Below, piece after piece: positions 49,675 to 58,246 of a stretch of 64,000 nucleotides of DNA; positions within the stretch are counted from its first letter, which is position 1, and each line of letters begins with the position of its first letter. Origin of the DNA: Verrucomicrobiales bacterium (lineage in GTDB: Bacteria > Verrucomicrobiota > Verrucomicrobiia > Verrucomicrobiales > V1-33); assembly GCA_035550135.1 (NCBI GenBank), contig DASZQB010000120.1, positions 8,785 through 72,784 of the forward strand. The letters run 5' to 3'. The notes under the pieces are model-generated. The model was given only the letters and a program-made list of their open reading frames with translations, made no database searches and was not told the DNA's origin. Position numbers and translations under genes: made by a program.

Positions 49675-51228
49675 ATGCCCAACCCTAACTGCTTTATTTC
49701 GCCGGATTCACCCCCTGTCACACCGCCTGCAGGGAAAACGCCGTTCCATACCCCGATACTGGGAAGGAAGTACACGCCTGCTGCTGAAGAATGTTCGCTC
49801 CTGCTGGCAAATGCGCCGGAGGCAGGCGGGGAAACAGCAGAACTGCATCCGCCATTTCCCCTGCAGGCATTGCCGGAATTCATGCGGCGCATGGCCGAGG
49901 CTGGAGCCATGGCCTCCAACAGCCCGGTGACGCTCACCGCTCCGCTGGTGCTGGCGGCACACAGCCTGGCGCTGGGAGCGGGCGTGGAGTTGAGCTGCGG
50001 CGGCGTCCTGCGCTGCCGGGGAAATCTGCATCTTCTCGGCATAGGCGAGAGCGGTACCGGCAAGAGCGAGGCGGCCAGAATCATCTTTGCACCCCTCTAT
50101 GAATTGCAGCGCGAACGGCTGGAAGCATGGGACAGCAAGGGCCGATCGGAACAAAAGGCGCGCATTGTCATGCTGAAGAACAGAGAGAAGGAAGTGCAGA
50201 ATGATCCCCTAGCTCTGGCATCTGTCATCCAGGCGCGGGAAATGGCGGAGCTGAAAGCATCCGATGGCGGGCGTCCGCTGCTCTTTGCCAGCAATGTCAC
50301 GCGTGAAGCATTGGCCTCTGCGCTGGCCATGGGCCCGGGACAGGCCTTTGCCGTGCTGAATCCCGATGCCCGCGGACTGCTGGGCGTTATTGCAGGCAAA
50401 TATTCGTCTGGCAAGTCTTCGGACGAAGACATCTATCTGGCAGGCTTTTCCGGCGATGCCATGTCGTCGCTGCGCGTTGGTTCCGGTTTTGTCCATCTGC
50501 ACTCTCCCTGCCTTACCACGTGCATGCTGATCCAGCCCGACGCTTTCGACAGCCTGCGGAAAAAGGCCATTTTTGCAGAGAGCGGATGGCTGCAGCGGAA
50601 TCTCGTTTTTGACAGCCATGCTGAATTTGATCCTCTGCCTGCAATCCCTCCTGTATTGCCATATGATATTGCCACTGCATGGAAAGAGCACATACGCGAT
50701 CTGGTGGAAATGGTGCGCGATGCCCGCGAGACCACGCTGATAGAGCCCACCATGCTTGCTTCCTCCATGATGCTGGAACGCGCCAATGCCGTCCGTGCCC
50801 GCATCAAGAGCGGCGAACTCCGCGATATGGCCAGCTTTGCCTGCCGCTGGGCCGAGCAGGCCAACCGCATCGCGCTCAATCTCCATGCCGCCCGTTATCC
50901 CGATCCCCGCGAAGCCGCTCTCTGCTATGTCTCAGACACCACCATTGAAAAAGCATGGACCATTGCCGGATGGTTTGCGCAGGAGCAGGTGCGCCTGCTC
51001 AGCAGCATGCGTGAAGAAAAGCGCCACGCCCGCTGCGAGCGGCTGTTGACCATCCTCAGCCGGCAGGGACCGTCCAAACTGCTGCCGCGGTGGAAGCTGA
51101 TCAAGATCGGCTTCACCGAGGAGGAACTCCTCCTGCTGGCCAGACTCTATCCCTCCCGCCTCCTCGCCGGCGAACTCCCGAACGGTCCCGCTGGCGGCCG
51201 CCCCCTCAAGTGGATCCGCGCGCTCTGA
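49675..51228 (+). CDS. DUF3987 / YfjI-family P-loop NTPase (helicase-like)
   Basis: PFPLQALPEFM, NLHLLGIGESGTGKSEAA...APL, NVTREALASAL, IQPD, SGWLQR, RIALNLH. Confidence 0.85.
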   Translation: MPNPNCFISPDSPPVTPPAGKTPFHTPILGRKYTPAAEECSLLLANAPEAGGETAELHPPFPLQALPEFMRRMAEAGAMASNSPVTLTAPLVLAAHSLALGAGVELSCGGVLRCRGNLHLLGIGESGTGKSEAARIIFAPLYELQRERLEAWDSKGRSEQKARIVMLKNREKEVQNDPLALASVIQAREMAELKASDGGRPLLFASNVTREALASALAMGPGQAFAVLNPDARGLLGVIAGKYSSGKSSDEDIYLAGFSGDAMSSLRVGSGFVHLHSPCLTTCMLIQPDAFDSLRKKAIFAESGWLQRNLVFDSHAEFDPLPAIPPVLPYDIATAWKEHIRDLVEMVRDARETTLIEPTMLASSMMLERANAVRARIKSGELRDMASFACRWAEQANRIALNLHAARYPDPREAALCYVSDTTIEKAWTIAGWFAQEQVRLLSSMREEKRHARCERLLTILSRQGPSKLLPRWKLIKIGFTEEELLLLARLYPSRLLAGELPNGPAGGRPLKWIRAL

Positions 51229-51243
51229 GCCTCTCCAAACACC

Positions 51244-51275
51244 CCATGGAGAAAACCGGGAAAACCGGGAAAACC
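51244..51275 (+). repeat. Extra internal copy of the iteron arm
   Basis: CCATGGAGAAAACCGGGAAAACCGGGAAAACC, 16 bp after the DUF3987 stop codon. Confidence 0.85.
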
Positions 51276-51313
51276 TCCCTGCTTTCGCGGGTTTCTCCAG
51301 CGAGGTGCATACT

Positions 51314-51395
51314 TACTCCTACTCCTACTCTTACTCTTACTCCCACAATTTTGAGAGTAAGAGTATGAGTAAGAGTAGGGAGTATGAGCAGGAGC
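51314..51395. repeat. Inverted hexamer array (TACTCY)n / (GAGTAN)n
   Basis: TACTCCTACTCCTACTCTTACTCTTACTCC...GAGTAAGAGTATGAGTAAGAGTAGGGAGTATGAG. Confidence 0.85.
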
Positions 51396-51411
51396 GGTTG
51401 GCCAAACACCC

Positions 51412-51581
51412 CAGGAGAAAACCGGGAATACCGGGAAAACCCCCTGCTGAAGCGTTTTCGCGGTTCTCGGGGTTTTCGGTGCCTGCTTTCGAAGGAGGTT
51501 TTCCCGGTATTCCCGGTTTTCTCCATGGCGCAATCGTACTGACTGCCCGAACGTATAGGGTTTCAGTCAGTCAGTACGATC
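51412..51581 (-). repeat. Right terminal inverted repeat (iterons + hairpin)
   Basis: Mirror image of 49382-49517, with a longer spacer between the iteron arms. Confidence 0.92.
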
Positions 51582-51746
51582 ATTTTTCACCGTGATTTCA
51601 GGAGAGCCGTCATCCCAAGGGCCGGCGGCACATGAATAGAAAGCGGGAAGTGAGACCACACATGAATAAACGGTCGCACCCCATCCGGCGCGGGAATGCT
51701 GTGAATATGGCGGCAGGATTACCGGAAGGCGAAATGCTTCAGATGG

Positions 51747-51950
51747 GAACGGCGAAGCCCGTGGACTTCTGCGGCAGCCTGCTGCCGCTGTTGTGTGCGG
51801 CAGCCCTGCTGCCGGGGTGGCGCGTGCGGTGGCTGCTGAATGCCCGGCGTTGGCCGGATGTCCTTTCTCCTGTCTGCGCCCAGCCCGCCGCAGCAGGCTG
51901 CGGCTCTCACAGCGGCAGCAGGCTGCCGCAGTCCACAGGCTTCGCCGTTC
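51747..51950. repeat. Long imperfect palindrome (REPIN-like)
   Basis: GAACGGCGAAGCCCGTGGAC..TGCGGCAGCCTGCTGCCGCTG pairs with CAGCGGCAGCAGGCTGCCGCAGTCCACAGGCTTCGCCGTTC. Confidence 0.8.
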
Positions 51951-52021
51951 GGTCCGAACCATTCTCACCAGCCAGCGAGACTGTCCTCAGCGTTTTGATA
52001 CGAATTCCCCCAAACGGACCA

Positions 52022-52075
52022 CCGTTGTTTTCGTTAAAAGCTGCCCGGCAGAGGAGAATTCAACGAAAACAACGG
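52022..52075. repeat. 14-bp perfect inverted repeat
   Basis: CCGTTGTTTTCGTT-N26-AACGAAAACAACGG. Confidence 0.7.
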
Positions 52076-52165
52076 CACTGCGTTTTGAGATTAACCCTAT
52101 TTCTCACCGTCCGGGAAAAAACGCATACAGACTGTCCTAACGTCATCACCTTGCAACAACGGTAC

Positions 52166-52249
52166 GTAGAGCGATCTGTGGCGAAGCCCAGTCGCTTTCG
52201 CCTCCATGGCCGCAGCGAAAGCGAGTGGCCTTTGGCACACTCACTCTAC
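52166..52249. repeat. GTAG-type REP doublet, copy 2
   Basis: GTAGAGCGA...AGTCGCTTT...AAAGCGAGTGGCCT...CTCTAC; homologous to 4353-4437. Confidence 0.75.
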
Positions 52250-52307
52250 TGATATTCCCGTGGCAAACGAATTCTGTGAGAAACCCACATTAGAGGCACA
52301 GGCCCGC

Positions 52308-55300
52308 TCACCACGCCGGCACGCGCACCGTGAAAACCGTGCCCTTTCCTGCTTCCGATTCCACTTTGATGCTGCCGTTGTGCAAATCCGCGCAGCGTTT
52401 GATAATAACCAGCCCGAGGCCTGTACCGGGGATTTCGCCGACATTGCTGCCGCGGTGGAAGGCTTCGAACAACTTCGGCTGATCCGCCTCCGGAATGCCG
52501 ATGCCGCTGTCTTTTACCGTGAAGACCACGTCGCGTCCCTCGCGCCGGCCGGTGAAATACACGGATGAGCCGGCGGGCGAATACTTCACGGCATTGCTCA
52601 GGAGATTGGAAAGGATGTGCCGCAGCAGGGCTTCGTCGGCGGTGGCGCCTGACAAGTCGTTCTCCGCGTTCCACGCGATGGGGCATTTGCGGTTCGTGGC
52701 GGAGTGCGATTCGTCGGTGAGCTTGCGGGCGAGCGTATCGAGATCGAGCGGCGCGGCTTTGTAGGCAAGCTTGCCGGCATCCACGCGGCCCAGCACGAGC
52801 ACCTGTTCCATGAGACCGGCCATGTTGCGCGTGGCCGTGTGGATGTCGTCGTAGAGCTGTTCCCGCTGCTCCTGATCCAGCTTGTCTCCGTAGTGGCGCA
52901 TGAGTTCGACAGCGCTCATGGTAATGCCCAGCGGCGTGCGGAATTCGTGACTGACGGTGTTCACGAAGCGGCTCTTCAATTCGCTGACTTCGCGCTCTGC
53001 GTTCAGTTCGAGGGAGCGTTTGGAAGCGATTTCTGTCGCTTCCACAAACTCCCGTGTGAGGCGGCTTTGACGCCGCAGGACCAGGGCTCCAAGAATGGCG
53101 GCGATGCTGACGGGCACCAGACCTAACAGACCGGTGGTCCACGCGCTGGAAGGGCTGTCGGCGATGAATTTTGCCGCGGCGGGCAGCGGCCAGTCGAGAT
53201 GCATGGCCGCAAGTTCCTGACGAAGTTCCACGACATCGAGCACCATGAGTTTTCCCTCCGCGCCGCCGGCGAACAGCTTGCGGCCGTCCGCGGAAAAGCG
53301 CAGGCCCGCGACCATGCCAAGCCGCGCGGCATTGATGGACGTCAGGACTTCCCCGGTCGCGGGAGCCACGAGTTCGATGCGGTCCACGTCCTGCGTCCAT
53401 GCGAGCAGCGAGCCGTCGCCGGAGAAAGCGGCGGCGCCGAAATTCGAGAGGAGTTCCGGGCGCGCTTTGCTCCACACGGGTTCCCAATCGGCGGTGGACC
53501 AAAGCCGGGCCGTGCGCGCGCCCACGGTGATCAGCCAGCGGCTGTCAGGACTGAAGGCAAGGTGTGCGTAGGTGGCCTTGAGCTTGATGACCGTTTCGCC
53601 GGTGCGCGCATCCCAGATGGTGGGATTCGCGCCGGGCGTTTCGCGTCCCGCCGCCACCCAGCGGCCATCCGGACTGATGGAGAAAACGCCGGAGCCCCGC
53701 GCCGAGGCCGGGCCGGGGATGTTGCTGTGCATGTGCATGAAGCCGTCCAGCTTTACCGGCGTGTTAGGGTTTTCCGTGTCCACCACCATCATTGCGCCGC
53801 CGGTGCCGGCGACCGCGGCGTAGCGGCCATCCGCACTGAAGCTCGCCGTCCATGGTGTGAAGCCCGCGGGCAGCGGCAGTGCGCCGCAGGGTTTCGCGAG
53901 CGACGCAGCGTCCAGCGGAGCATCGAGCGGGAGCCTGTGAAATGTTAGGCCATCCGCGCCGGCGGTCCAGAATTCCGGCCGCACCGGGTGCAGCCCCGCG
54001 CACACTTTGTCCGCAGTGGGCACGAAGACCGACGCATTCCCATGCTCCAGATCCAGCACTTCATAACCGTCCTGCGCCATCCATGCCGGCGGTGCCCATA
54101 CGAGCCAGCGGCCGTCCGCCGAGAGATCGCTTTGCCACACGGTCGCACGTTCCACCGCCTTTCCCTGGATGTAATGCGTCGCTGTGGGCTGCACGATTCG
54201 CGAGACACTAACCGTCCGTCCCAGGAGACCTCCGCCGATGCGGTCGCCGCGATTGGAAAAATCCAGCGCCAGCAGACCGCCCGTCTCGCAGAGCAGGCGC
54301 GCCGTGGAGGCGTCCCAGAGCCGCGTCCGGCCATCGATGCCGGACCCCATGAGCAGCGAGCCGTCCGGACTGAAGCGCAGACTCCACGCGTTGAGCGCCT
54401 TGCCGCCCATTTGCACCACGCGCCCGGATTTCACCTCCAGCACGGAGACGGAGAAGTTATCGGCAGTGAAGGAAAGCCGCTCGCCCTGTGCATCCCAGCG
54501 CATGGACTGCACCAGCGCCGGCGCTTTCACCGTGTGCCGCACCGTGGCTGTGGCCAGATCCAGGATGGTCACCTCCGCGCCCTGATACCACGCCAGCAAA
54601 TCCCCGCGCGGACTGAGGACGAAGCGGTTTCCCAAACCCTCCCACGTCACCGTGTCCGGCACGCCGGGCACCTTCCGCAACCCGCCTTTCTCCACGTCGT
54701 AGAGGACATGCACGCCATCGCCGCCCTTCAGGGCCACGCAGAGGAAGCGGTCGTCCGCGGTGAACGTGACGGGCCACGAGGAGGCGCGGAAGCCGCTCAC
54801 ATCGATCGTGCGCACCGGTTCGCCGGTGGCCGCATCCCATAGAATGTATCCACCCGCATTGTAACGAATGATGATGTATTTTCCGGTCGCGGAGAACATG
54901 AAATCGCCGATGTTGGCGTCCTTTGGCAGGGACGCCGGCATGGGAAATTCGCGCACCAGCGAGTTGTCCTCCATGCGGAAGAGGGAGAGGACGTCCGGTT
55001 TGTAGCGGACGAGGTATTGCTCGAGCGCGGGATCGAAGGACAGGCCGTAGGCGCCCGGCTGCAGCGTCCACTCGCGTTCCATGACGAGATCGCGCAGACC
55101 CAGCGCCGCCACCGCTTCATTGCGCAACTCCTGCGAAGGACGAATGGCCGCCGCCGTGCGCACGGCCTCCAGCGCCGCCGCGCGATGACCCGTCTGCGTG
55201 CTGAGAATCTCGGCGCGCGCCTGCGCCAGCGAGGCCTTCCACAGCCGCTCCGTCGCCTCCGCCTCCGCCGTTTCCGCCCGCGCCTGATTCTGCTGCGCCC

Positions 55301-55463
55301 GGCGGCTCATCATCACCATGGCCCCGCCCAGCAGCACGACGACACCGAGAATCACCGCCATCGCGCGATTCGCCCGCAGCACACTGCGCCGGACGAACTC
55401 GCGGCGTTCCGCAAATTCCGCCGCCTGCACTGACAATTCCGGTTTCGGCTCAACGGGCTGCAC
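52308..55463 (-). CDS. Sensor histidine kinase with WD40 beta-propeller region between two TM segments
   Basis: TM1 AMAVILGVVVLLGGAM; repeated FSPDG/FSADG blades; TM2 GLLGLVPVSIAAILGALVL; H-box SHEFRTPL; NLLSNAVKYS, DSGIGI, GTGLGL; start chosen at GTG 55463. Confidence 0.9.
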   Translation of the reverse strand: MQPVEPKPELSVQAAEFAERREFVRRSVLRANRAMAVILGVVVLLGGAMVMMSRRAQQNQARAETAEAEATERLWKASLAQARAEILSTQTGHRAAALEAVRTAAAIRPSQELRNEAVAALGLRDLVMEREWTLQPGAYGLSFDPALEQYLVRYKPDVLSLFRMEDNSLVREFPMPASLPKDANIGDFMFSATGKYIIIRYNAGGYILWDAATGEPVRTIDVSGFRASSWPVTFTADDRFLCVALKGGDGVHVLYDVEKGGLRKVPGVPDTVTWEGLGNRFVLSPRGDLLAWYQGAEVTILDLATATVRHTVKAPALVQSMRWDAQGERLSFTADNFSVSVLEVKSGRVVQMGGKALNAWSLRFSPDGSLLMGSGIDGRTRLWDASTARLLCETGGLLALDFSNRGDRIGGGLLGRTVSVSRIVQPTATHYIQGKAVERATVWQSDLSADGRWLVWAPPAWMAQDGYEVLDLEHGNASVFVPTADKVCAGLHPVRPEFWTAGADGLTFHRLPLDAPLDAASLAKPCGALPLPAGFTPWTASFSADGRYAAVAGTGGAMMVVDTENPNTPVKLDGFMHMHSNIPGPASARGSGVFSISPDGRWVAAGRETPGANPTIWDARTGETVIKLKATYAHLAFSPDSRWLITVGARTARLWSTADWEPVWSKARPELLSNFGAAAFSGDGSLLAWTQDVDRIELVAPATGEVLTSINAARLGMVAGLRFSADGRKLFAGGAEGKLMVLDVVELRQELAAMHLDWPLPAAAKFIADSPSSAWTTGLLGLVPVSIAAILGALVLRRQSRLTREFVEATEIASKRSLELNAEREVSELKSRFVNTVSHEFRTPLGITMSAVELMRHYGDKLDQEQREQLYDDIHTATRNMAGLMEQVLVLGRVDAGKLAYKAAPLDLDTLARKLTDESHSATNRKCPIAWNAENDLSGATADEALLRHILSNLLSNAVKYSPAGSSVYFTGRREGRDVVFTVKDSGIGIPEADQPKLFEAFHRGSNVGEIPGTGLGLVIIKRCADLHNGSIKVESEAGKGTVFTVRVPAW

Positions 55464-55541
55464 AGCCGCCACGTTTCCCGTTAGAACAGGAAACGGCAAG
55501 ACCAACTGCGTTTCGCCGCCTCCGACTTTGGCCGGATGCGC

Positions 55542-55767
55542 CGTCGAACCACGGAGTGGTTCTCCGTGAGTAGCCCGGGGTGAACGCAGTGAACCCCGGG
55601 TTGGAGCCGCTAACAGAGTTCCACCACAGCGTGGTGGCCCTGACAGAACGGCGCTTCCTCCGCATTGGACCACCGCGCTGTGGTGGATGCGACGTACGGG
55701 GCCGTTACCCGGGGTTCACTCCGTTCACCCCGGGCTATTCATGGGGGAACCACTCCGTGGTTCGACG
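55542..55767. repeat. 226-bp palindrome of two inverted tripartite REP-like units
   Basis: CGTCGAACCACGGAGTGGTTC...TAGCCCGGGGTGAACGCAGTGAACCCCGGG...CCACCACAGCGTGGTGG, mirrored in the right half. Confidence 0.85.
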
Positions 55768-55895
55768 CTTAACAGATACCATCCGGAACGGGTCGAATCT
55801 CCCGCCGGAGTGAGGGTGATTCCGTGCGTTGATCCGCCGCGCTTTGTTTCCTGCGCGGCAGGACGATACAAAATCACACGGCAGGATACGCTTCT

Positions 55896-56309
55896 TCACG
55901 CCGCTGCTGCTGCGCCGGCCTTCATGGCCGTCTCCACGGCGCGGTAGAGCCCGGCCCACGCGGCCTGCACTTCCGGAATCCATCGCTTGCCCATGACCTC
56001 TGAAAGCATTCCGAGCAGCGCCCGTCCCACAGTTTCGTAGTGCGCGTCCTTCACGCCATAGCCCTTGTGCCTTGCGCCCATGGCGCGCAATTCAGCCTCC
56101 AGCTTCTCCGGTCGCTCGAGCAGGATGATGAGCACGCCCAGCATGTCCGTGAGCTTTCGCGCCTGGATTTCGATATTGTTCCCGAACATGGGCCGCAGCG
56201 CGGGATCGAGCGCGAAGAGCCGCTGGTAAAAGACCAGTGCCGCGACGTGTCCGCTGCGCTGCACTTCAGCAAAGCTCGTGCGGATCAGGTAGGTTTGCTG
56301 CGGGTCCAT
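55896..56309 (-). CDS. Single-domain globin (flavohemoglobin-type globin domain)
   Basis: FYQRLFALDPALRPMF, QARKL, MGARHKGYGVKDAHYETVGRALL, AW. Confidence 0.92.
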   Translation of the reverse strand: MDPQQTYLIRTSFAEVQRSGHVAALVFYQRLFALDPALRPMFGNNIEIQARKLTDMLGVLIILLERPEKLEAELRAMGARHKGYGVKDAHYETVGRALLGMLSEVMGKRWIPEVQAAWAGLYRAVETAMKAGAAAAA

Positions 56310-56399
56310 TTGCAATCATAAAACACCCGCGCGAAGAAAACGGGTATCCGACTTTAGTTGGATTGGAAGTTGCCGGCTTCCGGGCATACTCGCGCCGCC

Positions 56400-57059
56400 A
56401 TGAAAAAGAAAATCCTCATCATTGAAGATCAGGCCCCCATGCGGCGGAACATCGGGCTCATGCTCCAAATGGAGGGGTACGAAGTCGTGAGCGCCGAAAA
56501 TGGACGCACCGGCGTCGAAATGGCACGCAGGGAAAAGCCGGACCTGATTCTCTGCGATGTGATGATGCCGGAGATGGATGGCTACGCCGTAGTGCAGTCC
56601 CTGCGCGCGGACGACGCTTTCTCGACCACTCCGTTCGTTTTCCTAACCGCCAAGAGCGACCGCGGCGATATCCGCATCGGCATGAATTTCGGCGCCGACG
56701 ACTACCTGACAAAACCCGTGGTGCGCGATGACCTCCTCGCTGCCGTTTCCATGCGGCTCTCCCGTGCTGAGGCGGTGCAGGATCGCATCGATGCCGCCGC
56801 CGCCAGCGCCGGATTCAATCCGGACTTCAGCAGCCACGAGCCACTGCAGCGGGCGCTCAACATCACGCCCCGCGAAGCTGAAGTCCTCCTGTGGGTCGCC
56901 CAGGGCAAGAGCAACGCCGACGTCGCCGTCATTCTCGGCATGAGCGAAAAAACCGCCAAGCAACACCTCGGCAGCGTCTTCGAAAAAATCGGCGTCGAAA
57001 ACCGCAACGCCGCCGCCATGCGCGCCGTCGAGATCCTCAGCAGCCCCGCCGCGAGCTGA
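56400..57059 (+). CDS. Response regulator (REC + LuxR-type HTH)
   Basis: KILIIED, LCDVMMPEMDG, FLTAK, GADDYLTKP; ITPREAEVLLWVAQGKSNADVAVIL. Confidence 0.94.
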   Translation: MKKKILIIEDQAPMRRNIGLMLQMEGYEVVSAENGRTGVEMARREKPDLILCDVMMPEMDGYAVVQSLRADDAFSTTPFVFLTAKSDRGDIRIGMNFGADDYLTKPVVRDDLLAAVSMRLSRAEAVQDRIDAAAASAGFNPDFSSHEPLQRALNITPREAEVLLWVAQGKSNADVAVILGMSEKTAKQHLGSVFEKIGVENRNAAAMRAVEILSSPAAS

Positions 57060-57073
57060 CCGGGTGGTCGCAT

Positions 57074-57148
57074 TGGAGCCGGTGGGCGGAATCGAACCGC
57101 CGACCAGCGCATTACGAATGCGCTGCTCTACCGCTGAGCTACACCGGC
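57074..57148 (-). tRNA. tRNA-Thr (CGT)
   Basis: GCCGGTGTAGCTCAGCGGTAGAGCAGCGCATT-CGT-AATGCGCTGGTCGGCGGTTCGATTCCGCCCACCGGCTCCA cloverleaf with encoded CCA. Confidence 0.97.
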
Positions 57149-57304
57149 TTTTCCGAAACGGAAGGGGCGGAACCTGCCCGTGAATCCCCCGGTGTCAAGC
57201 GTCCCAGCCCTCTTCCGCCGAAACTCTATTCCGCGGGGCACGTGATTTGCAGGGAAGGGCATGACTTTCTTGTGCATGCCTCGTGGATTGCGCCATCATA
57301 TCCC

Positions 57305-58171
57305 GTGAAGTTTCTGCCTGTCTTTCTCGCACTTCTCTGTTCCGCCGCCTCCGCCGCGCCCCGGACCAAACCAGTCACCCGTTCCCCGGCGGGAAAAGAA
57401 AAAAAGGAGGAAAGGAAAGAGTCGAAGGACAAAACGAAGGAAGCGGAAAAAAAGAAACCAAAGCCGGCAGAGACGCAGAAGCCGGATAAACCCGCAGAGT
57501 CCGAGGAGCCTGACAAGGCTGCCGAAGCCAAAACCGCTTCACTCAAACCCGCCGATCTCTCCGGGTTCGAAAAACTCCCCTCGCCCACTCAGGAGATTTT
57601 GCGCTACGCTCTCTCGCTTACCGAACGCGGCCTCAGCTACAAGCCCGGCAGCGCTGATCCTGACACCGGCGGCACTGACTGCTCCGGTTTCGTTTACCAC
57701 GTTCTCCAATCCCGCGGCCACACCAATGTCCCGCGGCAGGCGAATGAAATGTATGCGTGGACCTGGCAGGCCGGCACCTTCCGCGCCTGCAATGGCGTCA
57801 CCACCGACACCTTCGAGTTCAAGGAACTTCGCCCGGGCGATCTCCTCTTTTGGGTCAATTCCACCCGCGACGGAAAAACCGACCGCAACCCTCCCGTCAC
57901 GCACGTCATGTTTTATCTTGGCACCCGCGCCTCCGATGGCCGCCCGCTCGCAGCCGGCGCCAGTGATGGTCGCACTTACGACGGCCAGCGCATGTCCGGT
58001 GTCAGCGTCTTTGATTTTCGCCTTCCTTCCGCCGAGAGCCGCGCCCGCTTCATTGGTTACGCTCATCTTCCCTCCGCGTCCGCAGCGACTCCCAAAATCG
58101 AGCCTTCACCTCCGCCAGCCGCCAAGCCGGCGCCCAAACGGGGAAAAGCCACCCGCAAGCCGACAACGTAA
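57305..58171 (+). CDS. NlpC/P60 family cell-wall peptidase
   Basis: Signal peptide from GTG 57305, Lys/Glu linker, GTDCSGFV, PGDLLFW, THVMFYLG. Confidence 0.88.
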   Translation: MKFLPVFLALLCSAASAAPRTKPVTRSPAGKEKKEERKESKDKTKEAEKKKPKPAETQKPDKPAESEEPDKAAEAKTASLKPADLSGFEKLPSPTQEILRYALSLTERGLSYKPGSADPDTGGTDCSGFVYHVLQSRGHTNVPRQANEMYAWTWQAGTFRACNGVTTDTFEFKELRPGDLLFWVNSTRDGKTDRNPPVTHVMFYLGTRASDGRPLAAGASDGRTYDGQRMSGVSVFDFRLPSAESRARFIGYAHLPSASAATPKIEPSPPPAAKPAPKRGKATRKPTT

Positions 58172-58181
58172 CCCGCCTTCC

Positions 58182-58218
58182 AAACAAAAACGAGGCGCTC
58201 TGTTTCCAGAGCGCCCCG
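58182..58218 (-). terminator. Intrinsic terminator between convergent genes
   Basis: GGCGCTCTG-TTTC-CAGAGCGCC stem; the A-run on + gives a U tail on -. Confidence 0.65.
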
Positions 58219-58246
58219 CCTTGTTGGGGTTTGGTCGCCGGTGGTT

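Larger units (their letters stand above)
49364..51600. mobile_element. Putative TIR-bounded DUF3987 element
   Basis: Long inverted repeats at both ends enclose a single DUF3987 gene. Confidence 0.6.

Noticed and set aside
49436..51527. CRISPR array interpretation of the CCGGGAAAA repeats
   Set aside because: Units are 9-bp tandem or inverted arms without unique regular spacers, and there are no cas genes
51206..51595. ORFs 51206-51526, 51147-51533, 51305-51595 and 49430-49688 (KPGIPGKP, YSYSYS peptides)
   Set aside because: They are translations of the iteron and hexamer DNA repeats, open in several frames on both strands
55464..55673. 70-aa N-terminal extension of the histidine kinase in the ORF track
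   Set aside because: It runs through the palindromic repeat and is unlikely to be coding
57074..57148. tRNA-Thr as attachment site of an island containing the DUF3987 element
   Set aside because: I found no duplicate of the tRNA 3' end and no integrase in the window
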